Source: a virus. From it: a stretch of DNA of 64,000 nt. Below the pieces are notes generated by a model. The model saw nothing but the letters and a program-made list of their open reading frames with translations, was not told the DNA's origin and made no database searches. Each line of letters opens with the position of its first letter. Position 1 is the stretch's first letter. Positions 47,250 through 57,041 of the stretch are shown here, in pieces. The stretch is from the IMG/VR virus record IMGVR_UViG_3300012948_000003, positions 1-64,000 of that record; one strand, given 5' to 3'. The position numbers and the translations under genes are program-made.

Positions 47250-47594
47250 TCAAGAGCTTCGATATGCGACTACCTTCTGAAGGAATGCACGGGCTCGCAT
47301 GATCTCAGCATCGAAATCATTCCCGTTAACGACTGGCGCATAGATATGGTGACACATGAATCCACCGAGAGAGTAACTCTGCAAAGTACATGTGCTGGTG
47401 TCGCTAGGAATATCGCAAACGAAGATCACATTCCGGGAGAAACCGGGAATACCGAGTTCGACCGCATCGAGTTCAAGAGGCTCTAGTGCATCTACATCTG
47501 TTTCGTCGCCACTGAGAGATAAAATATTCACGTTCGCCGACGTTCCCGTCACGAACATATACGCACTTGCTGTAACGTGATCATAGCCTGCCAT
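47250..47594 (-). CDS. Hypothetical virion protein
   Basis: Coupled ORF in the structural operon. Confidence 0.6.
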   Translation of the reverse strand: MAGYDHVTASAYMFVTGTSANVNILSLSGDETDVDALEPLELDAVELGIPGFSRNVIFVCDIPSDTSTCTLQSYSLGGFMCHHIYAPVVNGNDFDAEIMRARAFLQKVVAYRSS

Positions 47595-48625
47595 TAGTAT
47601 GCCGCTGCTAACTGTGGGTTAGTAATGTCGTCAATCGTTACGAAGTACACATTGTCACCCGCAGCAATTGCCAGAGTTGTGTTAATCAGTTCGAGATCGG
47701 TCGGTGGATTATCCAACACAAGTTGAGCAACTAAGGACGGCGAAGTAGGAGTCCCGACATTGTAAATCTTTAATTTCGAGTTTGCCTGATCGGCAATAAA
47801 TAAATACGAACCCACTACGCGACAGGCAGCATACTGACTCTCAACGACCGGAGGCGGAGGCGTGACCATAAACGCTGTGACGGACTTATCCGAGTCCATC
47901 GTCAGCGATTGGGGATTAGTCGAACCTCCTAAGTCTCCTTCCCAATGATCAAAGTCATACGGACCTCCGGGAACTGCCGTTACTTCAACTACCGTGTCGG
48001 GAACATACGATCCACCCGGAGGAGAAAGTGTCACTGAACCGGAGCCTAACGGATCAACTCCGGTAGCTAAGTTATAAGCCGTCGTTGAAGTAAAGTACGC
48101 TGTAACGGCTTTAGGTGCGTCCACCAGCAGCGTCTGAGGATTAGTTGTGCCAGTTAAATCTCCGTCCCAGTGATCAAACGTATATCCCGGCGCAGGCGTA
48201 GCTGTTATTACGACATTAGTACCATCATCCGAAAAAGGCGGCGATACGCTGGAGATAGCTCCATAAAAGTGATTAGCACCACAGGTTCCTAGAGGAGAAA
48301 AGGCAATCGACCCTCCACCTACGGGAGCTACCGTTTTTGTAACCTCTACGCATTCTCTAAAATAAGCATAAATAGTGATTACTCTTTCAGTGTCAGGATT
48401 GGGAGGACTCGTAAAAAAGGATACAGGATTACTATTGTCCTCGTAATAACCAGTCCCGCTAAAAATCGGATCATTAATTAAACAAGTTGTAAACACCCAC
48501 CCGCTTGCGGCGATATAGGACTCGGAGACCCCATCTGTGTCTAGTACCGTTTGATCGCCGGGACTAGCTGACCCTGATCCGACTATGTGGACGGTTACAT
48601 AAAAATTTCTACCGAGATCAGACAT
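47594..48625 (-). CDS. Protein with InlB-B-like beta repeats and an LVIVD-like C-terminus
   Basis: Two TA.P..GY.FDHW.GDL.G.TNP repeats; YLFIAD...LKIYNV. Confidence 0.75.
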   Translation of the reverse strand: MSDLGRNFYVTVHIVGSGSASPGDQTVLDTDGVSESYIAASGWVFTTCLINDPIFSGTGYYEDNSNPVSFFTSPPNPDTERVITIYAYFRECVEVTKTVAPVGGGSIAFSPLGTCGANHFYGAISSVSPPFSDDGTNVVITATPAPGYTFDHWDGDLTGTTNPQTLLVDAPKAVTAYFTSTTAYNLATGVDPLGSGSVTLSPPGGSYVPDTVVEVTAVPGGPYDFDHWEGDLGGSTNPQSLTMDSDKSVTAFMVTPPPPVVESQYAACRVVGSYLFIADQANSKLKIYNVGTPTSPSLVAQLVLDNPPTDLELINTTLAIAAGDNVYFVTIDDITNPQLAAAY

Positions 48626-48634
48626 CGCGCTTCC

Positions 48635-49258
48635 TTACGGATATACCTGTACCATCGCTGAAGGATCACTTACATTAACAATCGCTATCTTGCCGCTGCT
48701 ACTACCGCCGACTACGTAAACATAGACTCCTTGCGCATCGAGCCCACTTGCCACGAATCCTACGTCGAGCTGTTGAAGCGATTGCGGATTCCACGGATCA
48801 AATACAGAGAGTGAGATTAGGTTCTGTCCGACATCACCGTCATTGCAACCGAAGATATAAGGACCATGCAATATAAATCGACGTATAGCTTGCGGAAGGA
48901 TCAGTTCACTAAGCAGACTGAAATTTCCGTCACCCTTCACCCTGTATATCTTCAGCGCTGCCTGTCCACTGTCTAGCCCCGCAACATACACGAACTCGTT
49001 CATAGCGCGAGTCGTGTAGCATTCCGTCATTTCCGTATCAATAGTAGCGATTGCCGATAAAGCATCGGATACAGGTACGCAGGTATCGCCGCTGTCGCCC
49101 GGCGGTTCTCCTCCTGTTCCGGGCTTGATCTTCGTTACGTTCGTTATGTCCTGTTGGGTGAGCTTCAGATCACTCAGTGCAGACTCGATCATGTTCTGCA
49201 CTGTCGGATAGTCAATACTGCCGCCTCTGTCGCCAGTCTTAGAACCCTGTCGTCCCAT
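48635..49258 (-). CDS. LVIVD-repeat-like virion protein
   Basis: FVYVA...LKIY, YVYVV...IVNVSDP. Start moved to MGRQG, just after the upstream stop. Confidence 0.65.
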   Translation of the reverse strand: MGRQGSKTGDRGGSIDYPTVQNMIESALSDLKLTQQDITNVTKIKPGTGGEPPGDSGDTCVPVSDALSAIATIDTEMTECYTTRAMNEFVYVAGLDSGQAALKIYRVKGDGNFSLLSELILPQAIRRFILHGPYIFGCNDGDVGQNLISLSVFDPWNPQSLQQLDVGFVASGLDAQGVYVYVVGGSSSGKIAIVNVSDPSAMVQVYP

Positions 49259-49259
49259 T

Positions 49260-50972
49260 TTATACTCGTACTGGATGCACGATTTCTTCGCATTCGACGC
49301 CGTACAGCTCGGTACCTCCTGAATCGGAGCCACTCAGACCTACTGCATAGCTCTTGACGTCAGGGATATTGAGATGATGAAACGTCCCGTGACTGGTACC
49401 TGCTACAAGATTGGAGCCGTAACCACTCGGTGTCGTAATATCAAGATCGGTAAAGATATCGAGTCGGCAACTCGCGCTCACCATTGCACGAGCACCAATG
49501 ACGGTCTTTATGAACGCGGCAAAGTTATCACTCTGGAGCTGACTGACGATTGACCACGTTGTTCCGCTCCCAGTCTCCAGCTGGTAGAGATCGCCACCAG
49601 CATTAGAGAACAGCGCTCGACCGCCAACCGTGTCTGTAACAGCAGTTACAATCGACGCGGGGAAAGTGAACGGCGTATGCCACTGCCGCAGGTACCGACA
49701 ATAACCAATACCAATTGTGCCCTTGACATAGAAAACAGAATCGCTAGCAGGATCATAAACAACAATGCAATTCGAAGCATTGTATCCGTTTGTATCGAAG
49801 AACTTCATTACTGGTTCGGCGAATGCTGTCGCTTCGTCACCCGGATCGCCACCACCAGCAAGACTATCTCGTACGGGACCTCTCGTGCCGACCCATGCGA
49901 AGATTTCAGGACCGACAACGCAGAGTTGATTGGCCGATACCAATCCAGTCGTCGGCCAGATCGGACGAATGTTTAAAGGTGAGATGTCGCTTTGGCTAGC
50001 GGTCACAAGGTTCAGCGATGAAGCAGTCGCGATCAGTACAGCTCCTTCAATACCGCTTCCCTTCACCGCTGTTACTGTGCCGCCACCCGGAACAAACACA
50101 ACAAACCGGGCCGGGAACGACTCGGGCTTATTCGGATACGAAGGTGATAGTCCTGCCCCGCCATAGCAACCAACAGCAACAATGACTGCATTGATAGCGC
50201 AGCAGAATGTACACGGAGGCGGGAGATCATTATCCAACGGCGCAAGATCGCCGAGCATTCCGTCTGTCCATCCAGCGTGAGGATAACCGTCTACTTGAAG
50301 ATTGAATGGAACAACGAGATCGACAAGGTCTACATCCATCAAATGATATAGTGGACCAATCTCACCGAAGCCTTGCTTTGTAGCGTAGATTCCAACTCGG
50401 TCCGTGCCTGTCGGGAACGACGGTAGCGCCGTGATCTGAATAGTATGATAACGAGTGAAGACCGCATTGGACGGCGGACCAACTGAACTCTCGCCACCAG
50501 TAATCGATCTGATAGCAGTGAGCCCAATCGAGTATAGACCTTTGGTGAATGCCTCTTTCGGTGAGGCGAGATTAACTTCTATTGTAGGTGCGCCCGGTGC
50601 AGCCATCCCGGCTTGCACTGCCGACGCGCCAGTCCAGATCGTAATCGTCCCGCCCATCACTGAGCCGACCGATGATCCATCAACGAACGCTTCGCCAGCT
50701 CCCGCGTAGAAGTAGATGCCGTCACCGAACGCCTGTACAATACTTCCGCCACCCGTGAGACCACCCCATGTATCAGCAACGTTCAGTAAAGGATTAACAC
50801 CTCCGCTATTTGCAACAGAGCTGCCAAAGCCTCTAGCACTGACCAGAAGACCCGAGCCGCGATTCCAGACATTTTGACCTCCCAGCAGACACTCCGGGAC
50901 TCCCATGACTTTCGCCGTGGTCGGCCAGTATCCTCGCGGCCATGCGAATCTCGACTGTGAACGTTCAGGCAA
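49260..50972 (-). CDS. Putative tail/stabilisation (nozzle-like) protein
   Basis: Beta-rich 570-aa ORF following adaptor-like genes. Confidence 0.6.
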   Translation of the reverse strand: MPERSQSRFAWPRGYWPTTAKVMGVPECLLGGQNVWNRGSGLLVSARGFGSSVANSGGVNPLLNVADTWGGLTGGGSIVQAFGDGIYFYAGAGEAFVDGSSVGSVMGGTITIWTGASAVQAGMAAPGAPTIEVNLASPKEAFTKGLYSIGLTAIRSITGGESSVGPPSNAVFTRYHTIQITALPSFPTGTDRVGIYATKQGFGEIGPLYHLMDVDLVDLVVPFNLQVDGYPHAGWTDGMLGDLAPLDNDLPPPCTFCCAINAVIVAVGCYGGAGLSPSYPNKPESFPARFVVFVPGGGTVTAVKGSGIEGAVLIATASSLNLVTASQSDISPLNIRPIWPTTGLVSANQLCVVGPEIFAWVGTRGPVRDSLAGGGDPGDEATAFAEPVMKFFDTNGYNASNCIVVYDPASDSVFYVKGTIGIGYCRYLRQWHTPFTFPASIVTAVTDTVGGRALFSNAGGDLYQLETGSGTTWSIVSQLQSDNFAAFIKTVIGARAMVSASCRLDIFTDLDITTPSGYGSNLVAGTSHGTFHHLNIPDVKSYAVGLSGSDSGGTELYGVECEEIVHPVRV

Positions 50973-51399
50973 CGTTTATATCCTCGTCGGCTGTCGCGTT
51001 AGTGTGTCCGCACATAAAACAGACGTACTGCCAAACTACTTTGCCATAGCGCGGACTCCAGTAACGAAACTGCTTGAGATAGTTTTTACCGCGTTCGAAC
51101 TTTGGTTTTGCGTTCTCGTTTCGGGTGTAATCAGCCCTGTCGATCATGTATTCACAGTTGCATCGCGCTGCGTCGTCTGCCCTCTCTGCGATCATCAACT
51201 TCTTGATCCACTCTTGTTCAGGATCACCTGCAACCTTTAGCGCGTCTTCAAAGCGACCTAGTCTACAGAGCGACTGGACAAGCGTTACTCGCGCATGTGC
51301 TTCCTGTCGTTGCGCAAGCAAGAGCATTGTCTCGTCGCGTGTAAGACCCTTCATTTGAGCCGGGGAATGCGGTTCTTCTACTGGAGTGTAGGTATGCAT
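50965..51399 (-). CDS. Hypothetical protein with Cys motifs
   Basis: CNC...CFMCGH. Confidence 0.6.
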   Translation of the reverse strand: MHTYTPVEEPHSPAQMKGLTRDETMLLLAQRQEAHARVTLVQSLCRLGRFEDALKVAGDPEQEWIKKLMIAERADDAARCNCEYMIDRADYTRNENAKPKFERGKNYLKQFRYWSPRYGKVVWQYVCFMCGHTNATADEDINVA

Positions 51400-51400
51400 A

Positions 51401-52012
51401 TTAACCTGTCGGCTGAGCAAGAGCTTCGGTTGTCTGAGAAGGCGTTTCCGCTTGTCTTATTACTTCCGCTAGGCTGGATGTTTCTAGCATCATAGCAACG
51501 CCTATATCGATCAAGTTGTCATAGAGCTGACCAGCTACAGTCAGGTTAGCATCAGTGATCTCAGGCGACTGATTAGCGTAGAGCTGCACTGCTGTTTCAG
51601 AGGGAATAGCGCCACCGCTATCCCTGACAATTAGCTTTCTGTTAAACACCGTATAGAAGTAGAAGTCCGAAGTCGGTGGCGGATTCTCTAAGTCGTGCAT
51701 ATTCGGTAGGAACTGAAGCGAGTAAGTTACACTGGTCATTGTTATTCGCCAACGCTGCCGGGCTGATTCGGACAACAGAATAACCGGACTTTGCGAAACG
51801 AGATCGACCTCTCCGCCGACGAGCGTCAGAGACCATTGGTGAAACAGAGTCGGATAGATTCCGTCATCAGCGGCTACGCGATCACCGAGACGCTGCAATG
51901 CCGCATTTAACGTACTCTGGATCGCGACTCGCCAGATTCCGGCAGCAGGCTGCGGTGCGCCCTTCGTTAGCCTGAACCAGACATTGTCAACATACTGTGC
52001 GCTTGTAGCCAT
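51401..52012 (-). CDS. Putative head-tail adaptor protein
   Basis: Size, position, and helical N-terminus followed by beta-rich region. Confidence 0.5.
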   Translation of the reverse strand: MATSAQYVDNVWFRLTKGAPQPAAGIWRVAIQSTLNAALQRLGDRVAADDGIYPTLFHQWSLTLVGGEVDLVSQSPVILLSESARQRWRITMTSVTYSLQFLPNMHDLENPPPTSDFYFYTVFNRKLIVRDSGGAIPSETAVQLYANQSPEITDANLTVAGQLYDNLIDIGVAMMLETSSLAEVIRQAETPSQTTEALAQPTG

Positions 52013-52013
52013 C

Positions 52014-52700
52014 TTATGCCGCCTTTGCTGCTACTGCTTCACTTGCTGCTTCAAGCGCTCCGATATCGCCAGCTGCGATTGCCTGAAGCATCGCTTGAAA
52101 CTGCTGTCCCCATGTTCCCTGTGGACCTGCGTTCTCACCTTCGACTGGAACTAGCATTGCCATAGCGCCGACCGTCACTGCCCAGCGAGATTCATCGGGA
52201 GCCTGACATGCGCTTGTCTGAGTATAGTTCGGAGCTTCTACATCGACACTGACTGTGCCACCACCGCTCTGTGCGGCAATCGCTGCTCCGTTATGGAATA
52301 TCCTGCGCCCTTCGATTCGATAGTGCGGATCAAAGTCCAGCGAGAGCACGTTATCAATCTCGTGCTGAATCTCTGACAACTCCCATGCAACACCTGCTCG
52401 TGTTCCCGGTGAGGTACCACCAGTAACCACAAACCTGACGTCTCCAATCGGACCAGCTGTGCCAGTGATCAATCCGCCATGCGCGACACCAGTCTGGATC
52501 GCATAGTACGATGAAGCGCGAGCATTGTTACGGTTCTTCATATACGCTGCTACAACAGCATCGTCGGCGCTCAGGACAGCATCGACGATCTGCTGTGTTG
52601 CCCAGCGTGGATCGATCACCGTAGCCGAGTAAGCTCCGGGTGTACCAGCGTTCAACAGTAGAACGCAGTCAGTACTGACTACCGACAGAGAGACACTCAT
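52014..52700 (-). CDS. Putative virion structural protein
   Basis: Coupled ORF in the structural operon. Confidence 0.55.
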   Translation of the reverse strand: MSVSLSVVSTDCVLLLNAGTPGAYSATVIDPRWATQQIVDAVLSADDAVVAAYMKNRNNARASSYYAIQTGVAHGGLITGTAGPIGDVRFVVTGGTSPGTRAGVAWELSEIQHEIDNVLSLDFDPHYRIEGRRIFHNGAAIAAQSGGGTVSVDVEAPNYTQTSACQAPDESRWAVTVGAMAMLVPVEGENAGPQGTWGQQFQAMLQAIAAGDIGALEAASEAVAAKAA

Positions 52701-53023
52701 TGTTTCACCTTCGCAACAGAGGACGGCACAACGAAAGCTGTCCCGCATTCCTTACAGGTCTCAATGAAACATCCAGTCTCTTTCAGGTACTGGACGTGCG
52801 CTTCATAATCACTTTGAAAGTCCTGTATCTCGCGTATTGCTGCGACTCTGCGACGATAGCGCTCGTCGAACATCGGCGGCTCCCACTCGGAAGCTGCCTT
52901 TCCACACTTCGGGCAGGTACCCGGAGCAGCTGGCTTCATAGCGCCTTCCGGATACACTGTTGTATTTGCAACGTTCAGGAATCCGTCGCCGTGCGGTTCG
53001 AGATTTGGATTTTCTTTTGACAT
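52697..53023 (-). CDS. Zinc-ribbon hypothetical protein
   Basis: CPKCG...CKECG. Confidence 0.6.
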   Translation of the reverse strand: MSKENPNLEPHGDGFLNVANTTVYPEGAMKPAAPGTCPKCGKAASEWEPPMFDERYRRRVAAIREIQDFQSDYEAHVQYLKETGCFIETCKECGTAFVVPSSVAKVKQ

Positions 53024-53025
53024 GG

Positions 53026-53043
53026 TTTTCTTTTAAAAGAAAA
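53026..53043. repeat. Dispersed palindrome copy 12 (perfect)
   Basis: TTTTCTTTTAAAAGAAAA. Confidence 0.95.
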
Positions 53044-53046
53044 TGC

Positions 53047-53075
53047 TTGACATCAGGGATGTCTCGGGTTACTAT
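53047..53075 (+). promoter_or_regulatory. Sigma70-like promoter for the + strand insert
   Basis: TTGACA, 17 bp, TACTAT. Confidence 0.6.
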
Positions 53076-53169
53076 GCTGCCTACGGTAACGGGCTCCTGA
53101 TTTTCACAATACAAACGAGCGAAGCTATACCTTGTTCTGTGGAGCCCGTTGCCTTATAAGGAGACCTCA

Positions 53170-53502
53170 ATGTCCACAATCGGCAAAATCGTTCAAATTG
53201 CAACTACTGTTGGGCGCGGCGTACACGGTGAGCCTGCGCTCATTATGCATGCGCTCGACGAAAACGGCATCCTTTGGCGGAAGACAGAGTGTGTCAATGC
53301 CGTTGATGCGTGGTTCCCTGTCAACCTTTCCACCCCGCCTCTTCCGGGCGGACCTCTCGGGACCGTCAACAACTACGAGTACGGCATCTATCAGGACGGC
53401 GAAGTCTTCATCCAGACCACGCCTGATCAGATGCGAGCCAACGACGGCAAGGTCTATTTGACTTACGGTGAACTCCTGTCCTTACTCAGCCTGATCAGCT
53501 AA
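53170..53502 (+). CDS. Hypothetical protein (moron-like)
   Basis: AAGGAGA RBS; opposite strand to the virion operon. Confidence 0.65.
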   Translation: MSTIGKIVQIATTVGRGVHGEPALIMHALDENGILWRKTECVNAVDAWFPVNLSTPPLPGGPLGTVNNYEYGIYQDGEVFIQTTPDQMRANDGKVYLTYGELLSLLSLIS

Positions 53503-53831
53503 TGCCGGATTCTCTGTCCAATCTCCGCGAGCTGCAACGTCAGCGTAATAAGGCACGTCTGCTCTGGCGAGCGGTCAAACGTCTTCAGGGACCCTGCAAA
53601 AAAGGTGTTCCCAACCATATTGTCGCACGTAGGAAGATCGGCGGCATATGGTTTTCAGCAGAGGATCGTGCTGGTTCGCATTGCACCATGTATCTCGACA
53701 CATCGGGCTGGTGTTCAGTCTGCCTGCGAGCATGGGATCAGTGGAAGCGGTACTTCGATTCCGTAGAACGTATCCATCGACTTCTGAACGACGACGAACA
53801 CGGGACCACGATTACTTATAGTCAGTTCTGA
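53502..53831 (+). CDS. Hypothetical Cys-containing protein
   Basis: TAATG coupling; C...HC...CSVC. Confidence 0.55.
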   Translation: MPDSLSNLRELQRQRNKARLLWRAVKRLQGPCKKGVPNHIVARRKIGGIWFSAEDRAGSHCTMYLDTSGWCSVCLRAWDQWKRYFDSVERIHRLLNDDEHGTTITYSQF

Positions 53832-54573
53832 TATTGCTCGCCCGGCTCTGTCCGAATACCCGCCTTCGCATTGGCTGCTCTCTCCTGAATCCTTCCCAGC
53901 GCTGCGCTTCGAATACCGGGAGCCACTGATCGCACTTCTTCTTCGCTGTCAACGCAAGGAGCTTTTGTCGTTCGTCTAATCCCTTCGCGGGATCGGCAAT
54001 CGACGCGAATAAGTTCTGTGCGATATCTGCTATAAGGAAGAAGTTCTGTTCTTCGATAGGAAATGCCGTTGTATCATCGAAGACAGGCGGAACGATTGAT
54101 GCACCTCGCGTGTAGTACACTCGATACGTACAGGCTTGCAGATGTGCCGGGAGCCACGCCATCTTCCAGACTCCTGATTCATTGAAAGGCGCAAATCCCA
54201 TTGCCACGTGAGGACTCCACCATGAGCCGCCGATTTGAAGCGTGTCTGGTCCGTGCCAATACATACTTAGCTGCTCCAACTTGATAATGTCTACTGTGCG
54301 TCGTATGTGGTACGGATTGTTATCGTCGATGCTATGAATCAGGAACGCCTGCTCGAAACCATCGGCAGTAATGTTCATCTCTGTCGTTGGTCCAGCCGGG
54401 ATATTCATGTCCCAACGACCGATGACCCATGCTTCATTCGTGAGGTTCAGTAAGGCGCGGTAGTACGATACCACTTGCCAGATTTCCATTAGGATATCTG
54501 CGTCGTGGATCACTGCTTCATTCGGCTTACCGAGAGCACGTCTGACCTCTGAGATCATCGTCGCAATTTGCAT
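53812..54573 (-). CDS. Putative head-tail connector/adaptor protein
   Basis: MISEVRRALGKP N-terminus typical of adaptor proteins; position. Confidence 0.55.
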   Translation of the reverse strand: MQIATMISEVRRALGKPNEAVIHDADILMEIWQVVSYYRALLNLTNEAWVIGRWDMNIPAGPTTEMNITADGFEQAFLIHSIDDNNPYHIRRTVDIIKLEQLSMYWHGPDTLQIGGSWWSPHVAMGFAPFNESGVWKMAWLPAHLQACTYRVYYTRGASIVPPVFDDTTAFPIEEQNFFLIADIAQNLFASIADPAKGLDERQKLLALTAKKKCDQWLPVFEAQRWEGFRREQPMRRRVFGQSRASNIRTDYK

Positions 54574-54585
54574 AGCGTTCCTTTG

Positions 54586-54617
54586 TAAAAACGGGATAGG
54601 CGCGAAGCACCTATCCC
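54586..54617 (-). terminator. Intrinsic terminator with UUCG loop
   Basis: GGGATAGGTGC-TTCG-CGCCTATCCC then GTTTTT on the - strand. Confidence 0.7.
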
Positions 54618-54766
54618 AGTGATAGTGGTACTTGTCCCTACCTCATATGACCGTTCATACAAAGCTGGACCCCGTTTGCTGATGAGTCGTATTGCAGGAA
54701 CTCATCAAGTTGTGTGTACGCATAAAGAACACCGGACTTGCGTCCGTCTACCTAGTTACAGGCAGC

Positions 54767-55939
54767 TCATTGATGTTTGGCTTGTATCTTCTCCACCAAC
54801 GCATCGAGATCGATTTCGGGTTCTCCGTTGTTGCTTTCGACTATCGTGGCCGCTGAGGGATCGACAGGACTCGCTGCATCGAGCATTGAGGCTGCTGCTG
54901 CTGCTGCGACACGCGGACCAACGATTGAATCCGGTACTGGAGCGCTCGGTCTGAATTCATACGAGCAGAATCGACACCTGCGCGGAGGTCCACCAGCTAT
55001 CGTGTTCAAGTATTCACCACACTCGGGGCACTGGACTTTTTCTCCAGCAGGAGCAGCAGCGACATTTGCTCCTGCAACGCCACCGACAATCTCCCGGACA
55101 AGAGTTCGAATCTCTTCGACGCCGATAGGATTCTTTCCAACTCCCTCCAGTGTACGCGACAATGCGGTACGTTCCGGCTTACGACCGAGCAGCCACATAA
55201 GCGTCTGGTCATAAGTGTCGTAGACTTGTTTCTGCCCGGCGCGGATCGCTTCCTCTTTCTGAGCAAGAATCGAGTTCGCTTGCGCTTCAAAGATATCGAT
55301 TGCCGGAATTAGCTTTGACACGATTGCATCGAGCCAAAGTTCCCTCAGATGTGGCTTTGCGCTCAGAATCGGCATCGCTCGCTCTGCGCTGATATTCGTT
55401 GACAGCGTTTCCGCTGCTTCCATCAGCCATTGACGACGCAGAACCAGCATTCCACGTTGCTCCAGAATGCTCCTGAACTCGGTCGGAAAGGTCCGCTCAA
55501 GAACTTTTGACGGTTCGATCAGCCTGTTCAGCTGCTCGTGCTCGACTTCGTTTGTATCAAAGCTCTCGATTCGAGTGAGCCCATGCATGATCATAATCCG
55601 ATCTGCCAGCAATGTGTCCAGAGTCGTCTGAGCCGGAATCTCGATTGACTCGTGCTGATCGGTTGTGATCCCGAAGAAATTCTTGATCTCTCGGGTCTTT
55701 CGAGCAGCGCCCTCTGGTAACAGACCTCGCCGGGTCCAGTGCTGCGTGTTACCAATCGCAAAGACCTCGCCAGCCCGGATCGAGTCAAACGAAAGCGTCA
55801 TACGTCGCAGGTCATCAATCGACAAACCGGGCAAGTACACATAGTACGGACCCGGTCCGCTCGTGTTCACGTCTCGCTCGATAATTGTCCGCATCGGCAT
55901 ATCGGGCGGACCTTGTTGTATTACTTCATGAGTCGCCAT
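54767..55939 (-). CDS. Hypothetical protein with C-terminal zinc ribbon
   Basis: AAGGAGA RBS; CPECG...CRFC. Confidence 0.75.
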   Translation of the reverse strand: MATHEVIQQGPPDMPMRTIIERDVNTSGPGPYYVYLPGLSIDDLRRMTLSFDSIRAGEVFAIGNTQHWTRRGLLPEGAARKTREIKNFFGITTDQHESIEIPAQTTLDTLLADRIMIMHGLTRIESFDTNEVEHEQLNRLIEPSKVLERTFPTEFRSILEQRGMLVLRRQWLMEAAETLSTNISAERAMPILSAKPHLRELWLDAIVSKLIPAIDIFEAQANSILAQKEEAIRAGQKQVYDTYDQTLMWLLGRKPERTALSRTLEGVGKNPIGVEEIRTLVREIVGGVAGANVAAAPAGEKVQCPECGEYLNTIAGGPPRRCRFCSYEFRPSAPVPDSIVGPRVAAAAAASMLDAASPVDPSAATIVESNNGEPEIDLDALVEKIQAKHQ

Positions 55940-55984
55940 AAGTCTCCTTGCTTTTAAAGTAAATGGTGGTTACTATTCTTGTAG

Positions 55985-56194
55985 ATGCGCTACACGAAAG
56001 CACAACAAGAACAGATTAGACGTGCGACAGAGCGCCTTTTAAATCCCGAAGGTCCACTTCCTGAGAAACATACCTGTAGTCACCCCGAACGCGACTGGAA
56101 CGAACTAACGTACAAGCAGAAGTCTAAGCGAGATGCCTGTGCGCGTTGCCGCTGGTTCAGACGAGTTGCCCGGCAGCACCGGGTCTATGAATAA
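55985..56194 (+). CDS. Small basic Cys/His protein
   Basis: HTCSH...CARC; fills the gap between - strand genes. Confidence 0.4.
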   Translation: MRYTKAQQEQIRRATERLLNPEGPLPEKHTCSHPERDWNELTYKQKSKRDACARCRWFRRVARQHRVYE

Positions 56195-57041
56195 TGAAGG
56201 TGTCTACTCCCTTGCGACTGGTAAACTTTGCCTTATGCGATTTGTAGGCATCACGGATTCGCAATCTCATTTCCTCGCGTTCTTTCTCGGATCGCTTCTC
56301 GTGAGCATCTGCTAGCCGCTTCAAGTTCTGATACATCGTCAATTCATCGGGAGCCTCGGTCCAATCATGTCGGTAAGGCTCGTCAAGATTCTTTCTCCAT
56401 AAGCTCTCGACATAAAGCATATCCAGATCGGAAGGTGGACGAAAGAGACCAAAGCATTTCCGGCGCTCCTCCTTTGCCTTGTCACAACACCTTCGACCGC
56501 GTTCGTGTACCCAAATCGGATGAAACCCGAGATAGTAGATTCCTTCCCGAGGGAAAGCGCCCATGTCAGCGGCGGGATTCCTTACTTCATCAAGTACACG
56601 TCTGCGAGCTTCCTCCCACGAACCGATAAGAGTCGGAGCGAACCATTGCGAAATCCAGAAACGCGGGATGCCGATCTCTTCTTTGTAAAGCATCAGCGGA
56701 TACGGAAGACCTGCCACTTCGCCGAGCTTTACTTCGGTCCGAGCCCGATCCATTGTATTCGATCCTACTTTCAGATCGAACTTACGCGTACGTATCCAAC
56801 GTCCTGTATCACGATCCGTGTAGTCGATTGCCCACCCGACTTGTCTATCGCGAGAATAGGCAAGATATTTCAGCGCGGAAGTATAAGGCGTCCACGTTGC
56901 AGTTGATCCCCATTCTAGTCGCAGCTTAGGCAGACCGTTTGGTGTTAATCCGGCTATGCGGACTAACTCACGCTGCCATCGATCTGTGATTGGTGGTGGC
57001 GAGAAGTTCTGCTGTGGAGGCCAAATGTCGAGTGGATTCAT
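56157..57041 (-). CDS. Hypothetical protein
   Basis: 294-aa ORF, ATGA-coupled. Confidence 0.7.
   Translation of the reverse strand: MNPLDIWPPQQNFSPPPITDRWQRELVRIAGLTPNGLPKLRLEWGSTATWTPYTSALKYLAYSRDRQVGWAIDYTDRDTGRWIRTRKFDLKVGSNTMDRARTEVKLGEVAGLPYPLMLYKEEIGIPRFWISQWFAPTLIGSWEEARRRVLDEVRNPAADMGAFPREGIYYLGFHPIWVHERGRRCCDKAKEERRKCFGLFRPPSDLDMLYVESLWRKNLDEPYRHDWTEAPDELTMYQNLKRLADAHEKRSEKEREEMRLRIRDAYKSHKAKFTSRKGVDTFIIHRPGAAGQLV

Noticed and set aside
54680-54708. Hammerhead ribozyme (CTGATGAG core)
   Set aside because: No GAAA after a stem II; the motif is one arm of a simple TGATGAGT/ACTCATCA hairpin.
55948-55963. Fourteenth palindrome copy (TTGCTTTTAAAGTAAA)
   Set aside because: Too degenerate and lacks the invariant core, although it also lies just before a start codon.
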